Shown here one piece after another: positions 27,924-40,480 of a stretch of 64,000 nucleotides of DNA. Each line of letters begins with the position of its first letter. Positions within the stretch are counted from its first letter, which is position 1. The translations under genes and the position numbers were made by a program. Source of the stretch: the human T2T-CHM13v2.0 reference genome, Homo sapiens; assembly GCF_009914755.1 (NCBI RefSeq), contig NC_060933.1; one strand, written 5' to 3'. The notes under the pieces are model-generated. The model saw nothing but the letters and a program-made list of their open reading frames with translations. It was not told the DNA's origin and searched no databases.

Positions 27924-29299
27924 ATGCAAAATAAACCTATGAAAGCATATTAAGATATATCTGCTATTATAATATAAATGAAATATTGTGTATAGATATG
28001 ATTATTTTACCTCTTGTTTTTATCTTTCATTCAACTATTAGAAATTTTATTGCATATCGTAGAAAGAAGAAAAGGTCTCATGTTTAAAGCTAAAAATTAG
28101 AATTATTATCATACTTTTCCATAGAATTAATGTGCTGATTTGTTGGAGATGCTGTTAAAGATGCAGTGAGACCTTTGTGAATGTGTTGTTAAATAAGGCC
28201 GTAGATTGTTAATTACTTTTGCCTCCGGTGGAAGAGGCCATAATTGTCTACTTTGAAACATTTCTTAGAAGTTCACATTTATGAAACTCAATTCACTCTT
28301 CAATAGAAATCTAAAGTAAATTAAAACTATCTCATTTAAAAATACAATATGCATAGTTTTGTTTCTTTTCTCCAAAAGAGCTTTTAATATATTATTTTAT
28401 TCAGTGATAAAGGTGATGGTAGGGTAATGAAACAATTGTGACTTAATGAAAAGCCGTGAACAACTTTTTTAATGCTTCAGAGTATTTTCTGTTTTCAACA
28501 GTATAACTTACAGAAAGTGTTCTTGTAATTTAGTGATTAGCATGAATTAATAATGAATTTAATAAGCACTTAAAATAAAGATGTGACATTTTAGACCTGC
28601 AATTGAATTGTAGTGCATTAATAATTAAGTAATACATTTTGCTCTTGAATATGAAATCCCAAATATATTTTGCTATTTTAGGACACATTTTGAACTAAAC
28701 ATTTAAGATTGTGAATTATCTGTATATCACTTGCACTGACCAAAGTAGAAAGGAAATAATAACTTTATTATCAAATTTGAGGACCATTGAGACTATGATA
28801 AAATTTTCTTCCTGCTACTGCCTCATAATATTTCAAGAGACATATTCTTCAAAGACGCATTCTGCTTTCTTAAACACTATAGGTTGTACAAATTAAAAAA
28901 ATTATTTTATTTTAAAATAATTTTTAATACAACTATTTATTTATAAAATAATAGTTCACAATACAACAAGAATTTATAATGCTGTAATGAATTTGCCTAC
29001 CACATTGGTCCTCTATTAAGAAAGTCAAGGACCTCCACACCTTTAAAGAAATTAAGAGTAGAATTTAGTGGGATCTGCTGGGTACAATCAACGCATCAAA
29101 AACAGGAAAAGAAAGACTAAAGATGATTACCAAATGAAGTTGAAGTGTAGAATTCAGAGAACCTCTCTGGCAAAATACCAAGGGACAGTTATCTCCCGGA
29201 GAAGGAAGACATAGAAGCTAAAGGTTGATGCAGTAAATATCAATACAGGGTTGAATTCTAAACCCTGTTAAGTCTACCATGACTAACTTAGACTCCAGG

Positions 29300-31990
29300 T
29301 GGGTTCATCTGCTTTTCCATTTTCTATCTTTGGATTGGATCATATAGATCATTTGCACTTAGGGTAATGATTCATATGTTAGTGCTTAAGTCTGATCTTG
29401 TATTGTCTTCTGTTTGTTTCCTTTTGTTATCTTTCTCCGGTTTCTCCTTCCTTGCCTTCTGTGGGTTACTTAAAAACTTTTGCCACAGATTTTACCTTGA
29501 TTTACTTAACAGAGTTTTTTAATGTATCTATTTGTTTAGTGTTTCTTTAGTTTCTCTGGGTATTACAATGTACATATGTGACTCATCACAGTCTACTGAG
29601 AGTTTATTATTTCAAGTGAAAGAATAAGGCAAAAATATTTAAAGGTCGGTAAGGTAGAGAGACCTTTATCTAAATGGAAGTTAGGTCTCTTTAACTTACC
29701 CACTTTCAAATATTATTGTCTTTGGTATCAGATGATGTTTTCATTTTGTTTTAATCAATAGTATATAAGATATAAAATTCATGAGGACAAAAAATAATCC
29801 ATTTTATATACAAATATCTCTGCTTTTGCATTGTTTATTATTACTTTCTGATAATACAAAATTGTTTTATCATTTACTTTTTTTCTTAAATAAGTCTCCT
29901 CAGTCAGTTTTAAGGATAGTTCTGCCAGTGACAAATTTATTTTATTTTCCTTTGCTTTCTTCTTCACTCTTGAAGAATAGTTTTCCTGGACGTAGAATCA
30001 CAGTTCATAGTTTTCTTTCTTGCACAACTTGAAAAATATTATTTAAGTTCTTCTGGCCTCCATTGTTTCAGATAAGAAACTCATTGACATTTGAATTGGA
30101 GTTCTCTTTTCACTTATAATCTACTATCTCTGAGTGAATTGATATTGTCTTACAGGCTATTCATTCTTTCTCTTAAATTGCTTTTAAGACCATTTCTTTT
30201 TCTTTATTAATCAAGTTTAATTATAATACGTCCTGGCATTCACTTATTTGGATTTATCATGTTGGGATCACTTAGCTCCTTGAATCTGTAGATTTGTATA
30301 TTCTATTCTATTTGGGAAGTTTTCAGCCATTATTTCTTTGAACACTCTTTCAATCTCATGCTCTTTCTCCTAGCCTCTTGGATCCTGATTAAAAAAACAT
30401 ATAATATTTTGTTATTACATAGGTTCCTAAGTCTCTATTCACTATTTTTTTACAGCCTATTTTCTCTCTGTTGTGCTGATTGGCTTAGTTTTATGGATCT
30501 GTTTTCAAGTTCACTGATTCTATTCTCTGTCATCTTCACTCCACTAGATAATTTTAACTGATTCATCTCAGCATTTGTGTCAGATAATTGGCTTGTTTCA
30601 TGGCAGTTGTGATTTTTTTGGTTCTTGGCATGATGGATGCTTTTCTATGTATACTCAACATATTTTTCTGTTAGAAGACATTGGGCCCAATTTAAATATG
30701 GTATTTTAGGAAGCAGTCATCCTGTTTAATTTTAGCAGACAGGCTGTGGCCTACTTTTGTACGCTATTGCTCTGTGCTGAGCAGGTATATTCAGACCTAC
30801 CCCCAAAGGCTGAGGGAGCTGAAAGGTTGAAGGAAGAGGCTGCCAAACTTGGTTCTCAGAAAGAAACATTTGATAGTGACTTACAAACATAAAAGATGTC
30901 TCAGGCAGTTGTGATATAATTCATCCCTACACCCACACCCCCCCCTCAATTCCAAAAATGTCTTTTATATAATAAGTTCTTTGCTAAAACATGTGTAGCT
31001 AGTCATGCCTCGGACTTTCTTGAAAAACTCATGACCATTAGAGAGGTTAGATGAGCATCTTTATGAGGTATTATCTATTGTATAGGCATTGCTTCTTTAA
31101 GAGGGGTTATCTATGCTATGAGAACGTCTTGTTAGGCATGAGTCAACCATCAGTCATTATGGCGATTTTACCTCAAGATGACATCATTCTTGCCATGAAA
31201 CAGGCTGTCTTCCCACAGTTATGGTTCCAAGACAGTTTAACTTACAGAGTTGTTGTGATGTTATTTTGCTCTCCTTGGTTTATCTGACAATGCTAGGTTT
31301 GTGACTAACCTCTGCTGGTTTTGCTTATGGGACAGAAGGGGTTCCCACAGGCTGGGTCTCATCAGATGTAGATGTCACTCAGTGTTGGAGGGTAATCTGA
31401 GGCCTGATGTCTAAGAGACTTTCTAGGATTGGCTGCTTGTTTTCATCCTGGGTCTGTCTTGCTGCCTCAGCCCATCCACCGAACTGTTTCTGGGTGTGAG
31501 AGGAAATTCTTAGGGCCACATTTGCTGGGCTGAGCCAATTGCTGTGGCTGAGCATCTCTCACTTGGTCTATTCACCTATTTCTGTGTCTCTCGGCAGAAA
31601 AGGGGATCCTCAGGCCAGGTTATGAAAAGAGTTCTTCTTTCGGCCACTTATTTTTGGCAAATCTCTCCATTAATCCTCTCTTCAGATCATATTAGCATAT
31701 CTAATGTTGTCAAAGGAATCCTGCTTCATCCAGGAGAGGAATGAGCCTCTCTAGGCCTTTTGTTTCCTATGTTCTGGGTCAAGAAACAATAAAGGTATTC
31801 AGCCTTCTGTTGGGTGTGAGTATATATGACAGCCTGGTGTTCTATTGTTCTTGCAGTCCTGGGGTAAAAACATCAGTTTTTATTTTTACCATCTTCAGAG
31901 TTCTCCTTTGGTTCACTATAGTTGTGCTTATGAAGTAGATGTGGAGAAGAGCAGGGAAAACATATCTACACCAACTTTTGAAGACTGAGA
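29300..31990 (-). mobile_element. Ancient L1M (L1MC/MD-like) 5'/ORF1-region remnant
   Basis: T-rich antisense L1 ORF1-like motifs (ttgaagaatagttttcctggacgtagaatc; tttgggaagttttcagccattatttctttgaa), then a GC-richer 5' region. Confidence 0.7.
30768..31217 (-). mobile_element. Solo ERV LTR (LTR47-like) nested in L1M
   Basis: TG...CA ends and near-TSD gctat/gttat. The right end caagatgacatcattcttgccatgaaacaggctgtcttcccaca is LTR-like. Family name is from memory. Confidence 0.65.
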
Positions 31991-32459
31991 GTCCTCCATT
32001 AATGTTCAACGACATGTAATTTTTTTTAACAAAGAAAGATGTGCTTGCCTAGAATATGAGTCATATTCAAAAGAGTGAAAACACTAAGCATAGAATAGTT
32101 TTCTCCTGGACGCCTCTTATGTAAAATAAAATACATCCCTCTGTGATATACAGCAAATTATGCTATTTAAAAATGCTTTACAACACATTTCCCTATCATC
32201 ATTACATAGACCCAATAAGGTGAGTGAATATTTCAATCCAAGTACCGGCCACCTAAAGAAATGCAGAAAACTCTAATTTCAAAGTTTAGATGATATTTAA
32301 AAGTATTTCGGTTGCAATTTTCTATCATCTAAGGCTTTAGATGTTCTCAGGTTTATCTCTGGAGATTGCACAATGACATTATTAGCTATTGTCAATGCCT
32401 AATAATAATAGGTCCATCTGTCTTATCTCATCTCAGTGACAATAGAAAACTAAGCTGCA

Positions 32460-32780
32460 GGCCAAGCATGGTGGCTCAAGCCTGTAATCTCAGCACTTTG
32501 GGAGGCCAAGGCAGTTCGATCGGGAGGCTGAGGCAGTTGGATCATGAGGCCAGGAGATCAAGACCATCCTGACTAACACGGTGAAACCTCGTCTCTACTA
32601 AAAATACAAAAAATTAGCCAGGCATGGTGGCAGGCGTCTGTAGTCCCAGCTACTCAGGAGGCTGAGGTAGGAGAACGGCATGAACCCGGGAGGCAGAGCT
32701 TGCAGTGAGCAGAGACTGCACCACTGCACTCTAGCCTGGGCGACAGAGCGAGACTCCGTCTCAAAAAAAAAAAAAAAAAA
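32460..32780 (+). mobile_element. AluY-like element with an internal 22-bp duplication
   Basis: gagatcaagaccatcctgactaacacgg, ggcatgaacccgggaggcagagcttgcag. 16-bp TSD agaaaa(c/t)taagctgca at 32444-32459 and 32781-32796. Confidence 0.96.
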
Positions 32781-34379
32781 AGAAAATTAAGCTGCAACTG
32801 AATATGCAGCAACATAAATTTGTCCACTGAAGTTAAAAGCCGCTGCTAACTGGAGAGAAAAACAACAACAACAACACCTCTTTGCCATAGGAAAGTTTAA
32901 GCTATGAGGGATATGTGAGCCAGATGACAGAACACAGAGGATTAAAGGACATCTGTGTCTGTGTCAAAAAGAGATATTGCTATGCCAAAGCTATGGCTCT
33001 GCTTATAATGTTTGTTATCTGCATATTAAATGTATTAATGCTTCAAATGAAAAAGCACAATTGCCAATCCTAAACTAAGATTACATTAGTACAGTGTTTG
33101 AAAATGGGTCAGGAAATTTAGAGTGGTAACAGGCCTTAGATTTTGAAATTTGCTGTTTAGCTTCTGTATTCAGCTTCTCCTGCCACCACCTGGAATGAAG
33201 TAGTCCCTTTTATATCCAAAAGAAGTGAAGGAATAAAGTTCAACCAGACTTCATTGAAAAATTGCATACATATGCCTATGAAATTCAGAGACAGATGAAG
33301 TTTCTCAAACACTGTCTCCGGCAATCTTGGCAAATAAGAGTAAAGAAAAAGAACATATTCCACTTGGAAACCTAAGGTGTAACATAAACATCCATCTGCC
33401 TAAAGTAGTTTATAGAATGCCTCTGCCAATGGAATGGTCAAGGTAACCTTGGTGTTTATTCTAGTTCAATAGTTTCTGGCTCTTCAGCAAAACAGAAGAT
33501 GAGGCAGGGATCAAAATTCAGAATGCTGAGGCAAACATTCCATGAGGCTTACTCTGAAATTTCCCTGGAGAAACACCACCTGTCCATGTCTGAATTGTAC
33601 TGGAAGCTTGTTATATCTCTTCCTTACTTGTTCATCATGTGCATTTCACATTTTCCTCAAAGTCATGGCAAGATACGGTCTACGACAAGGTGTTATACAT
33701 GCACAGCTACCTTATAACAATTAGTCTAAATTAACATATTAAATAGTTCCCTATGTACATGCTTGTATTCATGTTGAACTTGCAATATTTCTTGGTACTC
33801 GAATAATGTGAAATGACTTCCCTGGAACCAATATTTCTATAATGTTCCCAAGTTCCTCTAGTGCCCTCAGGGACATGAGCCATGAGGCTTAGAAGCCAAT
33901 GCAATGGGGCTACAGCCTGCTGGCCAGCAGCCTGAGACTGTGCGCACTGCCAGCTAGCTTACCCCAGGCCAGCTGGCAGAATATGATGCGAGGACAGATG
34001 CATCTTATAAGTGGACATCTGTGGAAAGACTATACTCTGGACCTTCCAGGCTGGCCTGGAATCAAAGGGACCATTCTTCTGCCTTGATTATGGGAAGTAC
34101 AACCTAACCAAAGAGGTGATACCTAATACCTACTTCACAACAAAAAGACAGACTACACCGAAGGTAGAGATATTACAAGGACCAAATTACAATCTCTTAA
34201 CATTATGATTTTAAGAAACAAACAAAAAAACCCTCCTATTCGAATAGTGGTTTTGTTTGGCCATTAGTTGGTGTATAAATTCAAAGTAATAATTAACTGC
34301 AGAAAATGTGACTTTTATCATTTTATTTCCCCAAAGAGTAAAGTTCTATGTGAGTATTTAAACACATTTTCTGTGAGTA

Positions 34380-34510
34380 CAGACATGTATGTATGTTTGT
34401 ATATATATGAATACAATCATATGAACACATATACACATATGTGCATGTGTGTACATATAAACATATATACATGCATACATATACACATGTGTATGTGTGT
34501 ACATATATAG
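34380..34510. repeat. Alternating purine-pyrimidine (CATA/TG) low-complexity tract
   Basis: Directly visible. Confidence 0.85.
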
Positions 34511-36449
34511 ACAGACAATATACCAAAAATTTTATGGAGGAAAATACCAGTTTGTTTAAGTTTTTAAGTTTTAACCATGCATGGGTAAAAACCTGTAATG
34601 ACATTGCGGGATAGAACTTTCAAAAGGCTTTCTCCATGAAAGATTGATTATATTCCTGTGAGAGATTTGTCTTAGTAAATTGTCAGCAACAAGACAACTA
34701 GGCTTCATAGTAGAGTTCTGCTTGATGTTTCCACAGAACACCAAATCTCGCAATATAGTTAGGTAACACAAACACACATGCACACACAAACACACACAGA
34801 TATACATCATCCTGTGATAAAATAAGCATAAAATAAAATGGATCAAACGAAGCAATGTCTTATTCCCTCATTGCAACATTTTACAGAGGTTCTTATAGCA
34901 TGTGTTTGTGTGTGTGTTTGGTATAGTGAATGTTCATGATAATGCTTAAATATGCCATATTTTCCCTAATTCATTTGGTTGAGAATATGACAGAAAATTT
35001 AGCAAATACTGTCCTGATCAACAGAGGATGCAATGAGCCTTATTGTGTGATGTTTCAAAATTAAATATGTCTCTTGCCTCAATCTTATAAATACTTACAT
35101 TAAAGTACAGATTATGAGAGAAAGAAGCAGTGAGAGAAGAGCAAGAGAAGATAAAGGACTGTTCCTAGAGCCATTTGACATTGCAGCATAAGCAATAGTA
35201 CTAACACTGCTTGGCCCTATGTTGCTAAGTTTAGCACCTCCTATGAAATACAGCTCCACTTCAGAACAGTGAAGACTCCAGAGAGCATTATGTCCTTAGC
35301 ACCTAAAAAATTAGTACTCTAGTGGAATGCCTAGTGAAAGCTGGTAGCACCCAATAGCATTGGTGTCTTTGTTCACCATACAGTTGGATACCGAAGAGGG
35401 TGCATGTGGACCCAGATGCAGTCACGCCCAGCAGGCCATTTACTGGTCCTTAGCAGAAGTGTTAGTGTATGAAGGCAAGGACAAGCACTGGTAGCTAGCA
35501 AGCAACTGCAATGGCACTCAGGAACATACAATGCTTCATAAGAGGCACCATTGCTCTGCAAAAAGGTTGGAAGACATCTCCATAACCAATGAAATGGTCA
35601 GTCTTCCTGAGATTGGTGATACCTTGTGGATGTAATGCCATCTACCTTCAGGATCAACCAGGGCACAGGAGGTGATGCTGCCTGTCAAAAACAGTAGTAT
35701 CCATGAACAGCAGCAGTAGTCCACAGCAGATGTTTCAGGGACAATCAGACATGAGTGCTCAGCAAAGTGGATCTTGTCCAAGTAGATGAATAGTTTCATT
35801 TGTGGTAGAATATAAGTTGCCTCCTGTGTGTCTGCGAACTACTCTGGGCTATTTGTCAGTGGAATAGAGTCTAACTCAGCAGATAAGCATATAATTTTAT
35901 ATGTCAAACTACAACAAACTGTTTTTCTCCAGTGAAATTTTATTTATTTCAGTGTAATATTAATAAGACACAATACAAAAATTGTGAGTATGAAAAAACT
36001 TCATAAAATATATCATGTTAATACAGAAATTGATTAATACAGAAGTATGAATAACTGAAATAACAGAGAAAGTTGGTATTAATATAATTCTGTCTGAAAA
36101 TTATAATTTATTATGCATATAGGGAGAAAAATTCCCTCAGATAAGTAATATTTGACAATAGCATAGTATAGTAAAACATTCTTATTTTTAAAATTTGTGC
36201 AGCTTTTCTCTACTGTTTGTCTGCACCAAAATATATTTGGAACAGCAGAACAGGAATGTGTTCATGGATTTAAGAAACATTTCAAACATTAATTTAGAAC
36301 TTACTGCATCTGAAGCTACTACCTGCCTTTCCCTGGGGAGAAAAAGTTTAACAATACATAGTCCATGTATGCCAGAATCTCAAAGAATAGCAGAATTGTC
36401 AAGCAGGGAGAAGGAGAAAGAAGCATAAACAAGCCATGATTATGCATTT

Positions 36450-37290
36450 TGATAGGTTCCATGGTAGATATATGTACAGATTACTCTCAGAGGGAGGAAA
36501 ACTAATCTCTCCAAGGGTACTAGGGAAAACATCAGAGAAGGGCGATGTTAATGCTGAGTCCTAAAGGGTAATTAGAAATCTTCCCAGCAGAGAACATGAA
36601 TGTGAAGTAAGCCAAGCAGTGGGAACATTGCATAAAGGCATATTTTGTTGAAGAGCACAAGACATTCAGGGAATTCTAATGGATTTTGGCTATGTCCAAA
36701 AGATAGAGAGGGAGGAGGAAGTGCTATTTCTCATTACTATAGTAAATGAGAAATGACATCTAGTTAAAAATATCTTCATATTTAAGTAAAAAAGTGGTTA
36801 CAGGATTATTGTAAAATATCAGGTAAGAAATTATGAAGGTCTGAAACAAAGTAGTGGGCATGTGTAAAGAAGGTAGATTCTAGGTAAATGGATGAAGCAG
36901 AATATGTAGATGACATTAATGATTCGTTGATAGTTTAGAGACAATGAAGAGGGAACTATGATGATCCTCATATTTTAGCTGAGTGCCTGGAATAACTTCC
37001 TTAACAAATAGCAAATTCCAGAAAAAAATACATTTGAAATAAAAATATGAGTTCATTTTTGGACATACTAAGTTTGATGTTTCTTGATTCAATGCCTTTG
37101 GTTGCACTAAGAATATGTGCAAATCATAAATAGACAACAGTAATTCAAACGGTTTGTGGACACTAGAAAAATAAGTTTTAAAATCATCTGAAAAGGTAGA
37201 TGATTGATAGATAAATAAATAGTCATTGATAATACAGAAAAACAGGGAACAAGTGAAACACAGAAGAGTTTGGCAGCAACATTTTTGATT
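36450..37290 (-). mobile_element. L2 LINE fragment
   Basis: atgagttcatttttggacatactaagtttgatgtttc and the flanking purine-rich motifs are characteristic of L2. Confidence 0.75.
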
Positions 37291-37529
37291 CTCTCTTCCT
37301 CTTTTTAATCCTGCCTTCTTCCAAGTTGTGTTTGGATAATCCCGCTCTCTTCTTGATGGCCATGTACTTTCCCATGTAGTAATGAATGTAGCAATTAGCA
37401 TCTGGTACATTTCTAATGAATTATAATGGAAGAGAATCGGTGTGTGTTAGGACGGGAGTGGGGAGTTCGATTTTTTTCTGTATGTGTTATTAGTATTATG
37501 TAAGGAGGCATAGATTAATGTCCCAAAAC

Positions 37530-38900
37530 TCATGCATTTATTAAGAAAATATTATACTGTTTATGGTTTATTCTTTATGCTATACATGGGATCAGTGGTT
37601 GTTATAAAAAGTGAATGAATATATTATCTTCTCTATCCTAATAACTCAAAATCCAGTAAGAGAAAAAATTTATGTTCAAATAATTGTGATACTATAAAAA
37701 TCAATGGTAAAATAAAGGATAAGGGGAGTTACCTATTGGGTATTTTACAAATAATATCTCATTTAATTTTTAATTTATATTTTTATACAGGTAGACAACA
37801 AAACTTGTCAATGTGGGTAATTTTCCCTAATTGAATCAGCTATTAAATTGAAATCTTGAAATTAAATTATAGCATTCTCTCTTGTCAAAAGTAAATAATT
37901 TAATTGATTCAAAAAATAACTTAAAGACTTTATTCAGTTGATGTACATGAGGGAGACCTGAATACGAGGTGTTCTGGTAAAAACAGTATTGGACTTTAAT
38001 GAAGAGAGGAGGAGAGAGGGGTACTTGTTCTAGTGATATGATTCAGTTAACAGTTTTCATCTTTACCTGCTGGAAAAATGTTTTGATAATGGATATTAAT
38101 TCAGTTTTCCATGATTCTTGGTTGGTGTCACTGGCATATTCCCAATCTGATAATTTACAGGACAGTCTTTTTGAGACCTTTTTTTCTTCTTTTTTTAATG
38201 ATGGGAGATAGAGCAAGGGTTGTGGTTTATTACAGCTTAGAGGCAGCAAGGAGATGCTGAAAAAGAAACAGGCAGGGGACAGACATGAGAAATAGGAAAA
38301 GGAGGACAACGTTGAAGAGAAGAGAAACTGGACACCTTTTTTTATGTTTAATACTTTTGCAGTTTGATACCCAAATCTCTTTTCTATGACACTTCTCTTC
38401 CACAGTGTTTATACACTGGCATGTAGAATTTGTAGTGTCAATAGGGAAATAGTACCAAATAACGGCTTGAGAAAGAGGGGACAAGAGGGGACAAGCTTTA
38501 TAGATGAGATGTCATGGGGTTTAATGCTATGGAGATAAGTAGTCATTCATCAGTTAGACAAAGAGGAAGCATGGAAACATCAAAGAGCATGGTATTTGGG
38601 AAAAGAGTCAGAATCACAGGCAAAAATGACATAGGGTTGAATGACAGAAAATAAGCAGGAAATATTGCTTGAAATCATGAAAATAGAACATTACTGAAAT
38701 AGAAATTTAAAATGCTTGGGAAGTAATAGTTTTATGATCATAATTAGATTTAGCATGGGACTTAAAATCCATTGCCCTAGGCAGGTAACAAAGTTTCAAC
38801 AAATGTTTAAAAGGGATCTATTCCAGGGGCAAAGGGATCTGAAACCAGGGGTAAAGTTGAGCTGGAGACATAAGAAGGAATAGAAATAGCACATGGAGAA
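37530..38900 (-). mobile_element. Further L2 fragments with a MIR remnant (about 37730-37890)
   Basis: L2 3'-end-like sequence at 37530-37710, MIR-like atctcatttaatt...ttttatacaggtagacaac, and degenerate purine-rich L2 body beyond. Confidence 0.4.
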
Positions 38901-38948
38901 AGATTCAGTGAGAAGTTTATTAATTTAAATTCTGCCAGTGGTTGAAAG

Positions 38949-39744
38949 TGTTACTGAACTGAACCTCAGACCATTTGCCAGGCACAGCAAAGCTGAACAC
39001 TAACACTGACGTTTGAGGTAAGAGAAAGAAGGCTTTATTGCAGGGTGCCAAGCAAGGAGAATCAGACAGCTAATACTAGACCTGCACTACCTGATGGCTT
39101 GCAAGCGTTTTTAAAGGCAGGGCTATGCTGCAAGCAAGCTGAAGTTACAGGCAAAATTGTAAATCAATACATGGAGGTTATAAGTTTATTTGGTCTAAAA
39201 AGGTAAAATATCTTGATGGGAGCTTACAGGTGATATATGGATTCAGAGATTCATTGATTTGCAACTGCCTAACAAAACAAGGCTTTGTCTAAAAACTTGG
39301 GGTTAGCAGAAAGGAACGTTAAGGTTTGTTCTGTGGACATGAATCTCTTTAGCTCCTCAGGAAGACATTTAGAACAAAAATGGCCATCAGAATTTAGTCC
39401 ACATTTCCCCATTATCTGAGGTCTATGTGACAATGCTTGGTATCTTCCATCTGGATGAGGGTCTTGGTTTCTGCAATACAACTCAAGGAGATATGTCAAG
39501 ATGTTATCATTAATTTACATAGGGAAAGTAACACCCTGTGACTCTGGCTTGTTTGGGGAGCTATTGTTTAAGTCACAATTACTATCTTTCTCAGAGGTTT
39601 ACTTATTTACATCCTTAATTTCTGGTTGCAGGCCTAACTAGGTGCCTGGAGTCTCCCTTGTAGGGACTAAAAATTTTTCCTGTATCTCCATGCTGATGTG
39701 GGGGAGCTCAGGTGGTCCATAAGAGGGGTTCCTGTTTCATCTCA
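38949..39744 (-). mobile_element. Solo ERV1 LTR (MER31-like)
   Basis: tgttactgaactgaacc...gctttattgcagggtgccaagcaaggagaatcag...tttttaaaggcaggg...catctca. Antisense AATAAA and TG/CA ends. Confidence 0.75.
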
Positions 39745-39756
39745 AGATATTCTTCA

Positions 39757-39863
39757 TGTATATATGACAGACTGTGTGTGTGTATGTGTGTGTATTTATG
39801 TGTGTGTATATCTAGTGTTATTCATACACACACACACAATGTATGAGAGAGAGAGAGAGAGAT
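39757..39863. repeat. Compound TG/CA/GA microsatellite
   Basis: Directly visible. Confidence 0.9.
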
Positions 39864-39898
39864 AAACAGAGAGGCACTATTTTCCTTTACAATTATTA

Positions 39899-40193
39899 TT
39901 ATTATTATTTGAGATGGAGTTTTTGCTCTATTTCCCAGGCTGGCGTGCAGTGGCACAATCTCTGCTCACTGCCACCTGCTCCTCCTGCGTTCAACCAATT
40001 CTCCTGCCTCAGCCTCCCAAGTAGCTGGAATTACAGGCACCCACCACCACACCCGGCTAATGTTTGTATTTTCAGTAGAGATGAGGTTTCACCATGTTGG
40101 CCAGGCTGGTCTCGAACTCTTGACTTCAGGTGATCTGCCTGCCGTGGCCTCCCAAAATGTTAAGATCACAGGCATGAGCCACTGTGCCCGGCC
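39899..40193 (-). mobile_element. Alu (AluS)
   Basis: Full antisense dimer. TSD core ctttacaattatta at 39885-39898 and 40196-40209. Confidence 0.96.
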
Positions 40194-40314
40194 TTCTTTA
40201 CAATTATTAACACATTTTTCCAAGACTCCGTTTATTCCTTATTAGTACTTGCATTTTCAGTATTCTTTCCTTTCCAGAGAGCACTGAGGTGCTGAGGAGA
40301 AAGAACGAACCTTG

Positions 40315-40480
40315 GTTCAATTAATTTAAAGAGACATACATTGAATATGTACTTTGTCTCAGGCACAGAACTAGACACTGGGATAAAGGGACAGGCTGGA
40401 CATGGTATAGTGTTTTCCCTCACAGAGCTTATACTTTACTTAACTCAGGATTTTATAGTTTAATGTGAAATATGTCAGGA
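40315..40480 (-). mobile_element. L2 3' end fragment
   Basis: cattgaatatgtactttgtctcaggcacagaactagacactgggata...ccctcacagagcttatact. Confidence 0.7.

Noticed and set aside
33855-33875. CTCF-like motif (ctagtgccctcaggg)
   Set aside because: It has several mismatches in the high-information core.
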